Below, piece by piece: positions 1-8,633 of a stretch of DNA of 24,964 nt. The stretch spans positions 1 to 24,964 of the IMG/VR virus record IMGVR_UViG_3300017700_000557. One strand, given 5' to 3'. Positions within the stretch are counted from its first letter, which is position 1. Each line of letters begins with the position of its first letter. The position numbers and the translations under genes were made by a program. This DNA comes from a virus (taxonomy: Duplodnaviria; Caudoviricetes). The notes under the pieces are model-generated. The model was not told the DNA's origin. It did no database searches and saw only the letters and a program-made list of their open reading frames with translations.

Positions 1-1676
1 TATGTCGGAGGATGACCAGCATCTCTTAGCACTTCAAACCCTTTAGAACTACCACGACAGCCTGGGGCATACATACTACCAGAATCATTAGGACATGCAA
101 CACTAACACATGGGACATAAGCCAAATCATCTATTGGACTTCGACTAAAACCAAGAAAATCTAAAAAAGCTATAATAGCATTTATTACAACAATAATAGT
201 TGAATTTATTGCTAGTATTATGCCATTTAATATTGGTAAAAGTATTGAGTTCATAAGCCATATCAATAACGCTGTTATTTTAATGACTAAACATATTATA
301 AAAAATATTGGGTTCAGCGTTGTATTAACTCTATTGTATGGAAAAGGTGTTTTATCACCAGCACAATCATCAACATCTTTTATAGCTGTCATGCTTCTAT
401 TACTAACAAAATCTCCCTTTTGATATCTAGCTATGAAATTAGAAACCGAATAAATTTTATTCCAATATAAATTTCTAAAACTACTATCCTTGGTGGTTTC
501 ATCAAAATTGTAATCAATTTCATTATATGTTTTTGGATTATTAGGGACCAAGTATTTTGCTCTTCTTCTAAGTCTACCTTCTGAACCATCCTCATCCATA
601 CCAATTCTAAATCTAACATTTGCTCTAGTTGGTATCCCTACATTAGAATCATTTGATGGGATTAACGAACCATCTTCAGCTGTAGTAACATAATCTAAAT
701 TCATAGGTATTTGATAAGCCCATGTTCCATCATCATCAATTAATTGACCTCCATCTACATCGAATGACTCTATTGTACCATCAAGTGTTTCACGAATCAT
801 TTCTATTGTACCTGTTGTAGTTATTTGTTCACATAAACTACCTAATGCTCTTCTTGGTCTACAATGTTTGTTAATACTATTTTTATCTTGGTCACCAAAA
901 ATACTACCCATAAAAATAGCAGCTGGTACCAAGTTATAATTTAAATCAAAATCAACTCTTGTAATCCCTATTTGACAATTATCAACATCACCCCAGAAAG
1001 GCGAAATTGTTACACCAACATTACCTGTTTTAACTTGTGGTAATTTATCTAAATTTGTACCATTTTTAAACTTTGTTGAACTATCAAATAAATTATTTGG
1101 CGCACCTTGTCTTATTAAGTCGTATGGTCTTTGAGATGCTTGACCTATATCTGAAATATCCGCATCAACATGAACAGTATAATTACCCAATGGTACACCA
1201 AATATCATAAAATCTCCAGCATGATTAGTTGTCGTTGTAAATTTATAATATTTGTTGTATATTCCAAGCATAGTCTCGTTGTCCAAGACTTCTCGTTTAG
1301 TTGGAAAGGTACCTATAGGTGTGAAACATTCATTATTTGTTTCTGGTTCTTTAGGTAATAAATTATATCTCACCCCATCATTGTTTCTATCGGTAATGAT
1401 TTCATATGGGTATAAACCCTTTATTAGTGGGTTAGACTTATCAATATCATCAATAGGTATGAATATACTAACTTTAGCGTTTGGAACGCCAAAACCACTA
1501 TTAATGATAACCCTACCAACAACAGCTCCGTAATCTGAACAAAAATTTCTATAAGCATCCTCTTGAGATAATCTTAACGATAGTATTTCAATAAAATCAA
1601 AATCTTGTTCTATATTAACCTTTAAATACTTGTCACTACCATTTGGTGTAGTATTAATTCTTATTGTATTAGACAT
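1..1676 (-). CDS. Large putative virion/baseplate-associated protein (>558 aa, truncated by window edge) with carboxypeptidase-regulatory-like (prealbumin-fold) motifs and a long hydrophobic segment
   Basis: Manual translation from ATG at 1676 (MSNTIRINTTPNGSDKYLKVNIEQDFDFIEILSL...) stays open to the window end; absent from the ORF track because there is no stop. Motifs VVGRVIINSGFGVPNAKVSIF and TTTTNHAGDFMIFGVPLGNYTVHV; hydrophobic IFFIICLVIKITALLIWLMNSILLPILNGIILAINSTIIVVINAIIAFLDFLGF at about 148-308; follows baseplate wedge genes. Confidence 0.85.
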   Translation of the reverse strand, partial: MSNTIRINTTPNGSDKYLKVNIEQDFDFIEILSLRLSQEDAYRNFCSDYGAVVGRVIINSGFGVPNAKVSIFIPIDDIDKSNPLIKGLYPYEIITDRNNDGVRYNLLPKEPETNNECFTPIGTFPTKREVLDNETMLGIYNKYYKFTTTTNHAGDFMIFGVPLGNYTVHVDADISDIGQASQRPYDLIRQGAPNNLFDSSTKFKNGTNLDKLPQVKTGNVGVTISPFWGDVDNCQIGITRVDFDLNYNLVPAAIFMGSIFGDQDKNSINKHCRPRRALGSLCEQITTTGTIEMIRETLDGTIESFDVDGGQLIDDDGTWAYQIPMNLDYVTTAEDGSLIPSNDSNVGIPTRANVRFRIGMDEDGSEGRLRRRAKYLVPNNPKTYNEIDYNFDETTKDSSFRNLYWNKIYSVSNFIARYQKGDFVSNRSMTAIKDVDDCAGDKTPFPYNRVNTTLNPIFFIICLVIKITALLIWLMNSILLPILNGIILAINSTIIVVINAIIAFLDFLGFSRSPIDDLAYVPCVSVACPNDSGSMYAPGCRGSSKGFEVLRDAGHPPT

Positions 1677-1685
1677 CTCTATATT

Positions 1686-2030
1686 TTACTCATTTGTTAT
1701 TTCTTGCACATCCAATAAAATAACATCATCTTCAGTTAATTTATCATATTCGATATCATCATCTTCTGGTTCATCTTTTTCTTGAAATTTCTTTCCTAAA
1801 AATGTTAATATTGGTTTGACATCTATATTTTTGTTTAAAACAAACATATTAAAAATATACCATATAATGGCTAAATTAATTAGCGGTAATAAAACCAACA
1901 TAAACAAAAAAGCTAATATTTTTAATGAATATTTTATTATAGTCTCACTATTTGAAGAACGAGAAATTTGTTCTCCATTCTCATCAAGCATTTCATCAAT
2001 GCTCTTATTTTTACAATTACAATCGCTCAT
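1686..2030 (-). CDS. Small membrane protein (114 aa), function unknown
   Basis: ORF track; ~30-aa hydrophobic stretch ILAFLFMLVLLPLINLAIIWYIFNMFVL, N-terminal CxC, acidic C-terminus; tightly packed with neighbours. Confidence 0.75.
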   Translation of the reverse strand: MSDCNCKNKSIDEMLDENGEQISRSSNSETIIKYSLKILAFLFMLVLLPLINLAIIWYIFNMFVLNKNIDVKPILTFLGKKFQEKDEPEDDDIEYDKLTEDDVILLDVQEITNE

Positions 2031-2042
2031 ATTATTTTTTAC

Positions 2043-2050
2043 TTAAATAT
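2043..2050 (-). promoter_or_regulatory. Variant of putative phage promoter motif (ATATTTAA)
   Basis: 12 nt upstream of ATG 2030, just downstream of a hairpin; one mismatch from the TATTTAT copies. Confidence 0.3.
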
Positions 2051-2061
2051 AATCTAACTCA

Positions 2062-2083
2062 CCTATAAGGAAACCCTTATAAG
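2062..2083 (-). other. Stem-loop after the baseplate wedge gene (no U-tract)
   Basis: Minus strand CTTATAAGG-GTTT-CCTTATAGG immediately after TAA at 2086. Confidence 0.45.
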
Positions 2084-2085
2084 CC

Positions 2086-3909
2086 TTAATTCTTAACCCT
2101 AACACGAATATCTATTTCAGGTAAACGGCACTCAAACATACTAATTGGGTCTCCAAAAATAGTATAATCACCAGAGATATCAATTTGTCTTGTTGTAGTA
2201 TCAATATATGGTTGTGATATTTCGTTTACACTATATAACCCTTCACCGACTTTATTATAAACTCTAAGGTCGATAACATTAGTTACACCACCAACATTAT
2301 TAATTGTTTCAATCAAAGGTGATAAATAAATGTTTTCACCCATTTGATACTTGCTAATATCAACGTGGTTTTGTACATTGGTAATGATTTGACTAATGAT
2401 TTGTGACTGAGGTATTTTTTTATCAGCAAACACATCAATTTCAAAAGATAAATTAATAATTCTACCATTTCCTACTTCAACATAATCATTTAACATTCTA
2501 TAGTCTGCTAGATAGGTCGATATGTTATCAATTAAAGTACTTGTTGATGTATTGGTCAATTTACCGCTGCTATCTAACCCTAATATGTAAACCTTAATCT
2601 TATTTTGTTCTTCAAAAACACCACTTCTAAAAGGAACACCAAACTCACCAGACATTAAACCAATTCTAGTCATATAATCTTTTATTGTTACAGCTCTATT
2701 TTGTGACGCAAAATTATATCTTACTAAGTTTCTAATTTCTTCTACACTTGGTTCGTCTCTTCCACCTAACGCTGGAAACGCATTATTTACCTTTAATGAA
2801 TTTTTAACTGAATTATTCAAAGTTTGATTGGAACCATTCACTATCATATTTACAAGACCAATACTGGTTAATACATTTGTACCTACATTCGTATCAGACC
2901 CACCACCAACTCTATATTTAATAAACATAGTAGTATTTGAAGTAGGTGTTTCACCCAAAGACATATTATTTATGAAATCACCAATTTGATTTACTAAAGC
3001 TGTATTAGTACTAAAATTAGTTAAGCTACTAACATCTTGACTTCCGCTACCAAATGTTATTTTAGTGAAACCTAAATCAGTGTATTCACTGATAAATTTT
3101 TTTGTTGTAGTTATCCATTTTCCTGGACGAATACCAGCGTTATCGCTATTTTTAGTTGTATCTTCTATAAAGACTTCACTCTCTGCTAAAGCACTCATTT
3201 CATACCACATATTAGTTGGGTCCAAGAATTGGTCAAGTGTTGGGTCTTTGGTATAATTTGTGCCTTGTAACGATATAACAGAATTTATTGATAATACATT
3301 AGTATCTGGAAGTACTACCTCTAAAAATGGTACAACATCTGTACTTGTCATAACTCTTTTGAAAATCTTGGTAAATCCATTAATAACGATTTCTCTTTTT
3401 ACAAGAGTATAATTAATTAAGATATTATTTGAATTGAAGTTGGGTATGATTATTCTATTTGGAATACCACCTATGGTAAACGGACTAGAAAAATCAATAT
3501 CATTCATTGTTTCAAATATCTTACCAGCACCGCTGACTTGAGACCCCATCCTAATGATTGGACAATATGAAATATCAAATGTATCACCAAAAACAGGTAC
3601 AGTTACTGAAAAATCCACTATTGTTATGCTTGGTCGTTTTCCTGGGACCTTTAAACCAAAAGTTCTTGCCATTGATAACACAGATTTTCTTTCTTGTGCG
3701 TAATCAATTTGGGTTTCTTGGAACATTCTATCAGTATTTAATGATAACATATCACCAACAGCTGCATTAAGCTCCAAAAGCATCATACCAACTGATGCAT
3801 CGTTAAAATCGTTAAATATGTCAGGATAATATTGCCTAGCCATGTTTACTAAGTCAGTTCTTATATCTGCAAATGTTCTACTAGTGTATGATATACCGTT
3901 ATTAGCCAT
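2086..3909 (-). CDS. gp6: Baseplate wedge subunit, T4 gp6 / baseplate J-like (607 aa)
   Basis: N-terminal YTSRTFADIRTDL...FNDASVGMMLLELNAAVGDMLS...AQERKSVLSMARTFG, IxFGSG, YRVGGGSDTNV, GGRDEPSVEEIR...ASQNRAVTIKDY are typical gp6-family motifs; adjacent to a gp25-like gene. Confidence 0.9.
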   Translation of the reverse strand: MANNGISYTSRTFADIRTDLVNMARQYYPDIFNDFNDASVGMMLLELNAAVGDMLSLNTDRMFQETQIDYAQERKSVLSMARTFGLKVPGKRPSITIVDFSVTVPVFGDTFDISYCPIIRMGSQVSGAGKIFETMNDIDFSSPFTIGGIPNRIIIPNFNSNNILINYTLVKREIVINGFTKIFKRVMTSTDVVPFLEVVLPDTNVLSINSVISLQGTNYTKDPTLDQFLDPTNMWYEMSALAESEVFIEDTTKNSDNAGIRPGKWITTTKKFISEYTDLGFTKITFGSGSQDVSSLTNFSTNTALVNQIGDFINNMSLGETPTSNTTMFIKYRVGGGSDTNVGTNVLTSIGLVNMIVNGSNQTLNNSVKNSLKVNNAFPALGGRDEPSVEEIRNLVRYNFASQNRAVTIKDYMTRIGLMSGEFGVPFRSGVFEEQNKIKVYILGLDSSGKLTNTSTSTLIDNISTYLADYRMLNDYVEVGNGRIINLSFEIDVFADKKIPQSQIISQIITNVQNHVDISKYQMGENIYLSPLIETINNVGGVTNVIDLRVYNKVGEGLYSVNEISQPYIDTTTRQIDISGDYTIFGDPISMFECRLPEIDIRVRVKN

Positions 3910-3927
3910 AAATCGTATTTTTAATTA

Positions 3928-4314
3928 TTAAATGTTTATTATTATAAAATCTGATGTTGTGAATACATCATCTGTTATTGTATAGTCTATTCTTACTACA
4001 GCAGCGTGTTCGCTTTCGATTGATTCTTCAACACTAACATTATTAACTTGTAAATTTGGTAAATATTTTTTTACAACTGTAGTTATTTCGTCTTTAATTT
4101 GACTAAGGGTAATACCATCTTCTGGTTGGAAGATAAAACGTAATAAATCAGTACCAAAGTCTGGTTTATAAAGTCTTTGCTTTTTTCTAGTCAAAATTAA
4201 ATGCATAAGGTCGGCTTTTATAGCTTCAGCATCTGTTGTTGTCAGGTCAATAAAAAACCCTTTGGGACTATTATTGAAAGGATAGTTTATATTAATGTAT
4301 TTTCCGTTTGCCAT
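3928..4314 (-). CDS. gp25: Baseplate wedge protein, T4 gp25 / P2 gpW-like (128 aa; start re-assigned to MANGK)
   Basis: NINYPF...EAIKADLMHLILTRKKQRLYKPDFGTDLLRFIFQP...IKDEITTVVKKYLPNLQVNNVSV matches the gp25 family; the track's ATG at 4383 lies inside a terminator hairpin. Confidence 0.88.
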   Translation of the reverse strand: MANGKYININYPFNNSPKGFFIDLTTTDAEAIKADLMHLILTRKKQRLYKPDFGTDLLRFIFQPEDGITLSQIKDEITTVVKKYLPNLQVNNVSVEESIESEHAAVVRIDYTITDDVFTTSDFIIINI

Positions 4315-4326
4315 GTTAGTTTTTAG

Positions 4327-4334
4327 ATAAATAT
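4327..4334 (-). promoter_or_regulatory. Putative phage promoter motif ATATTTAT
   Basis: 12 nt upstream of ATG 4314, downstream of the tandem terminators. Confidence 0.5.
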
Positions 4335-4365
4335 AATAACGAACTATTTTTTTAAGTAAACCTTC

Positions 4366-4393
4366 AAATAAAAAAGGACCCATATGGGTCCTT
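4366..4393 (-). terminator. Rho-independent terminator 2 after the RNR gene
   Basis: Perfect palindrome AAGGACCCATATGGGTCCTT followed on the minus strand by a T-run (TTTTTTATTT). Confidence 0.8.
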
Positions 4394-4396
4394 ATT

Positions 4397-4427
4397 AAAT
4401 AAAAAAAGGGTCTAGTTAGACCCTTTT
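4397..4427 (-). terminator. Rho-independent terminator 1 after the RNR gene
   Basis: Minus strand AAAAGGGTCTA-AC-TAGACCCTTTTTTTATTT, 11 nt after the RNR stop. Confidence 0.82.
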
Positions 4428-4438
4428 AATATGATATT

Positions 4439-6628
4439 TTAAATATATGTTATCTCACAAGTTCCATCTGGGCCACTACAAGCTACCCCACCCATTTCAT
4501 TCACATTTGTGTAACTAGGTTTTAAATTAACTGTATTGAAATCAATATTTTTAAATTCTCTGTTAATCGTTTTCCATTTATGGAATAAATGAACATCTTT
4601 TAAACATGAAATAGTTACATTTATATTGTTCTTATGGAAGTTTTTACTGAATTTCTTAATTCTTCTTACAATATCTTTTTTAATCAAGACAGCAAATCTA
4701 TCACCATTTAAAGGAAACTCTTTATTTTTAACAGCCTCACACGCATCCCATAAATCATCATCAAAAGCATGTAAAGCATCAATTATCAAACCAGATGCAA
4801 AAATAACGCTATCACCATATTCAGTTACTAACTCATCAAAACTCAAAACCTTTGTAAATGGAGCTTGTTTAAATACCTTATCACCAGTTGCTGGTAACAT
4901 TGAGAGACCACAGAAAGATTCTTTATTATCATATATAAAATCAAATACTGTATCCCAATTTTCAATAGTTATAGTGTTTGACACGTTGTGTGTAACTCGT
5001 TTAGAATAACCTCTATCTAGATTAGTTCCTGGTAATATCCAATTTTGATAAACGGTTTTAATATGCTCACAGAATTCAATATCTGAAATTTCATCCTTGG
5101 TGATTGAATCTTCTTTTTCTTCAATCGGAATAAATACAGCCCAATCTTTACCATTCGCATTCCACACAGAATTTTCTAACAATACTGGGTTATTTTCTTC
5201 AAGAATTTTCGCCATTTCAGTACCCTTATTCATTTGCATGATTCTAAAGTATTTTTTAGAATGCGCTGGATGAATACCAGAAGATGTTTTTAATAATACA
5301 CTAGCATTCCCAGATGGTTTAATTGCCGTTGTTCTAGCAGCAGGGTTAATACCAATGATATTAGCTATTTCTTCATTTATTGCTTTAACAATTTCAGCAC
5401 CTTTTCTAAGTATTTCTGGATTCAATAATATTTTTGGATTATCCATGATACCTGTAATCGAAACACCAATTAACGCTTCATGTCTTATCAATTCTTCAGT
5501 ATCTTGACCTAAAAATGGCATATGTGTATATGATGCTTGAAGGGTCCCGATTATTGAAGCTGCTTCACATGCTTCATAAAACTTTTTCTCAGTATTACAC
5601 TCACCACCATTAATCTCAGTTAAATTACAGAAAGAAATACATGATTTACCAGTTCTTGGATTTACAGGAATAAAACCAATTTCAAAACATGGATTTGTTG
5701 TAAAATCAATGTCTTTAACTATTGCTACGCCTGGCTCTCCAAATTCTTTAATAGATGTTTTTAGGTTGTCAAATTCTTCTTTTGTGAAATCACCCAAAAC
5801 TAATTTAACCGTGTTATTTGCTCTTGCTAAGTGTGGTTTTTTGTAAAACCAATCACCAGTTTTACATGTCAACATTAACATATCATCTTTATCAAAAAGA
5901 CAAATCAAAGCACTTCTACGAACACCAGCACTTAATACTGCATCAGACGAAATACAAATAATTTCATGGCAATCTAAAGAAGTTAATTTATCACTACCTT
6001 TATTAACCTTATCTTGCAATAATTTTTCAATCAATTCAAGACTTTTCTTAAGTGGCTCATATCCAGGAGCTTTAAAACCACCAGAAATAAAAGCACCTTC
6101 TTCTCTTACATTACTACCATCGAATCTTACTTGTTCTGTACCATTAAAAAATGACATCATTAACATATCAAGTGCAATAGCCCAACCTTCTATTGAATCT
6201 TCAACAACATGTGTTATTGTTTCATTTTGTCTAGCTTTTAAGCTTGGTAATTTATTGATAAAACGTTGTTCTACAGAATAACCCATACCACAACCACAAA
6301 GTAATACATATAATACCTCTCTGAATACTTCAGGTCTATCAATGTATGTTGATGCACAATTGAATAACCTTGCATTGTGTTTTGTTATTTGTGCTTCACG
6401 ATACTGAAGACTTCTTTGTGATGCCAACACCCTAGAATCTTGATACAACATAGTTGCTCTATCTAAATACGGTCTTAAAAGTTCATTATCTTTGAACTTA
6501 TTATAGTGTAGCGACATCACATCATTAACAGACTCTTCCCAAGTCTCTTTGCGCTCAATTGATTCAATATACTTACTATACGAATCATAGAATTTTAAAT
6601 TTTTTAGTAATTCTTTTCCTTTACTCAT
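4439..6628 (-). CDS. nrdJ: Ribonucleotide reductase, most likely class II adenosylcobalamin-dependent RTPR type (729 aa)
   Basis: LFNCA, GVRRSA, GEPG, TNPCFEI (thiyl Cys), CNLTEIN, TAIKPSGNAS, HNVSNTI, QAPF and C-terminal ACSGPDGTCEI Cys pair; no C-terminal YY pair and no adjacent beta subunit. Confidence 0.88.
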   Translation of the reverse strand: MSKGKELLKNLKFYDSYSKYIESIERKETWEESVNDVMSLHYNKFKDNELLRPYLDRATMLYQDSRVLASQRSLQYREAQITKHNARLFNCASTYIDRPEVFREVLYVLLCGCGMGYSVEQRFINKLPSLKARQNETITHVVEDSIEGWAIALDMLMMSFFNGTEQVRFDGSNVREEGAFISGGFKAPGYEPLKKSLELIEKLLQDKVNKGSDKLTSLDCHEIICISSDAVLSAGVRRSALICLFDKDDMLMLTCKTGDWFYKKPHLARANNTVKLVLGDFTKEEFDNLKTSIKEFGEPGVAIVKDIDFTTNPCFEIGFIPVNPRTGKSCISFCNLTEINGGECNTEKKFYEACEAASIIGTLQASYTHMPFLGQDTEELIRHEALIGVSITGIMDNPKILLNPEILRKGAEIVKAINEEIANIIGINPAARTTAIKPSGNASVLLKTSSGIHPAHSKKYFRIMQMNKGTEMAKILEENNPVLLENSVWNANGKDWAVFIPIEEKEDSITKDEISDIEFCEHIKTVYQNWILPGTNLDRGYSKRVTHNVSNTITIENWDTVFDFIYDNKESFCGLSMLPATGDKVFKQAPFTKVLSFDELVTEYGDSVIFASGLIIDALHAFDDDLWDACEAVKNKEFPLNGDRFAVLIKKDIVRRIKKFSKNFHKNNINVTISCLKDVHLFHKWKTINREFKNIDFNTVNLKPSYTNVNEMGGVACSGPDGTCEITYI

Positions 6629-6640
6629 TGTTATTTTTGT

Positions 6641-8068
6641 TTAATTAATTATTTGATTTGCTTCTGCTGAAACTACATTTCCAGTCAGAAGTTCTTTTCT
6701 AGTTTTTAAAGCATTCATAGCATCAATTACCCTAGCTTGGTCTGATGCTTTGGTATCCATTTTAAACTCACTTTGAGTTCTACCACCCTTACTGAAACCC
6801 ATATCAATTTGTATCTTAGCGTTATCAAATGTGATATCTTCGAAGATAATACCATCCTTACCGAAACGTGATTTAAGAATAGCCATAGTTGCCGTACCAT
6901 TTTCTTTTTGGTCTAGGTTCTTAGCAATTGAAACTATGAAGTGACCTATTTGACCTTTTTTAATTGACCCACCCATTTGGTCTGCTTCAACTACATTAGC
7001 CTTGATGGAGCTTCTATTACCTTGAACAGCTGTCCAACCTGCCATATCAAATTCAGATAACATGGTTTCGAATTGTCTCATGATAGCACCTTCACCAACA
7101 TTCACATCATCGTAATGTTTAGAAGGTAAAATACAATCAATATAGTCTAATAAAACGATATCAGGTTTGAAACCTTCAGCTATTTGTCTTCTAATATATG
7201 TACGTATCATCGGTATTGTAGTTTCACCACTACTAAACTTCTTCAACTTCAACTTACCTTTACCAAGCATCTTCTCTTCACAAATCGCCATTACTTCAGC
7301 CTCGTGAGCAGATAAATCGTTTAACTCTATATTCGACCAACAAGCTAAGTGTTTTCTTTGAATAATCTTAGATGTATCTTCAAAAAATATTTGAAGAACA
7401 TTTAAACCATCATTCATAGCAGTATTAGCTATCTTTGTTATCATAGTTGTTTTACCAACACCAAACGGAGCTAATATAACAGCTAATTCACCCTTAGATA
7501 ACCCACCATTCATATAGTCATCTAAACCATTAATACCAGTACGTATTGGTTTTCTAAAATCTTCAGCCAATACATCCTTAATATTAGTGAAAACATCTGA
7601 ACCATCATCCTTAGTATCACCGTGTGATAAAGCTTTCTTTAAAATTGCTTCACACTCTTCATAGTTATCACCATTGTCGATAATCTTAGTGATTTCTTTA
7701 ATTGATTTTTTTAATTCTTGTTGTTTACAGAATCGCATTGCGATATCTTGTACCTTAAAAGAGTCATATAGACTAGCTTCTTTTACTTTTTCTAATTGTT
7801 TGATTACAAACTTACGTTGAATATCATCCTTAACATCATCCAATAATCGAAATTCAATACTACCCATATCTGGAATAATATCGTCTTTTAATTTAGCATC
7901 TTTTATAACAGCTGCTATTACTCTGAAATATGGGTCATGAAAATAATTTGGGTCAACTATATCAATTATCGAATTTGCAAACTTAGAATCAGTTAATATC
8001 TGAGCAATAAATCTTGCTTGGTAATCAAAACCTATATACTCCAAATTATCTCTATTTATTTTTGCCAT
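6641..8068 (-). CDS. dnaB: Replicative DNA helicase, DnaB / T4 gp41-like SF4 (475 aa)
   Basis: IRTGINGLDDYMNGGLSKGELAVILAPFGVGKT (Walker A), DIVLLDYID (Walker B), WTAVQGNR, ILKSRFG. Confidence 0.92.
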   Translation of the reverse strand: MAKINRDNLEYIGFDYQARFIAQILTDSKFANSIIDIVDPNYFHDPYFRVIAAVIKDAKLKDDIIPDMGSIEFRLLDDVKDDIQRKFVIKQLEKVKEASLYDSFKVQDIAMRFCKQQELKKSIKEITKIIDNGDNYEECEAILKKALSHGDTKDDGSDVFTNIKDVLAEDFRKPIRTGINGLDDYMNGGLSKGELAVILAPFGVGKTTMITKIANTAMNDGLNVLQIFFEDTSKIIQRKHLACWSNIELNDLSAHEAEVMAICEEKMLGKGKLKLKKFSSGETTIPMIRTYIRRQIAEGFKPDIVLLDYIDCILPSKHYDDVNVGEGAIMRQFETMLSEFDMAGWTAVQGNRSSIKANVVEADQMGGSIKKGQIGHFIVSIAKNLDQKENGTATMAILKSRFGKDGIIFEDITFDNAKIQIDMGFSKGGRTQSEFKMDTKASDQARVIDAMNALKTRKELLTGNVVSAEANQIIN

Positions 8069-8097
8069 TGATTTTTTATTTTTAAAAACTTGTTATT

Positions 8098-8105
8098 ATA
8101 AATAT
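8098..8105 (-). promoter_or_regulatory. Putative phage promoter motif ATATTTAT
   Basis: 29 nt upstream of the helicase ATG, directly after the terminator U-tract. Confidence 0.45.
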
Positions 8106-8106
8106 A

Positions 8107-8133
8107 CAAAAATGGTAGCTAAAGCTACCATTT
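8107..8133 (-). terminator. Rho-independent terminator between the 158-aa gene and the helicase
   Basis: Minus strand AAATGGTAGCT-TT-AGCTACCATTTTTG. Confidence 0.7.
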
Positions 8134-8139
8134 GTATAA

Positions 8140-8616
8140 TTATTTTCTACTTAATTGTTCTCTAATTTCATTTATGATATTAGGTATAATCTCCTTAATA
8201 TCAACAGCATAGCGAACTTTTGGTGGGAATGCGTTTCCAGAAAAGATTGACTGTGAGACAGTTCGTTTATCTATTCTGATTTCGAATTGAAAGTTATCAA
8301 TTCTGTCTGAATTACTCTTATTATTCGTCTCTGAGTTAGAGAAATAAGGGTTGTAGTTAGACCATAAATAATCTACTGATTTTTCTTTCAAAAATCTTGG
8401 AATGATACCTAAAGAACCAAATTGTCCGTTATTCATACCACAAATATTATCCATCAAATCTTTCATTTCATAAAGACCGATTATTTGGTCATCATCGAAA
8501 TCACGAATATTGAAGTAACGTTGGCAGATGATGTGATTGTTAATTCGTAATACGAATTCAAATCTTTGTTCTTCGATTTTTTTAGGGTCAAATGTGTTTT
8601 TTGTTATTGTTGTCAT
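8140..8616 (-). CDS. Hypothetical protein (158 aa) in the replication cluster
   Basis: ORF track; co-oriented and tightly spaced with A-rich leader; no recognised motif. Confidence 0.8.
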   Translation of the reverse strand: MTTITKNTFDPKKIEEQRFEFVLRINNHIICQRYFNIRDFDDDQIIGLYEMKDLMDNICGMNNGQFGSLGIIPRFLKEKSVDYLWSNYNPYFSNSETNNKSNSDRIDNFQFEIRIDKRTVSQSIFSGNAFPPKVRYAVDIKEIIPNIINEIREQLSRK

Positions 8617-8633
8617 TGTGTTGTTGTTTAATA

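Noticed and set aside
431-619. 62-aa minus-strand ORF
   Set aside because: Alternate frame inside the long ORF starting at 1676.
4315-4383. N-terminal extension of the gp25-like ORF
   Set aside because: Its ATG sits in a terminator palindrome; MANGK at 4314 has the typical A-rich leader and upstream motif.
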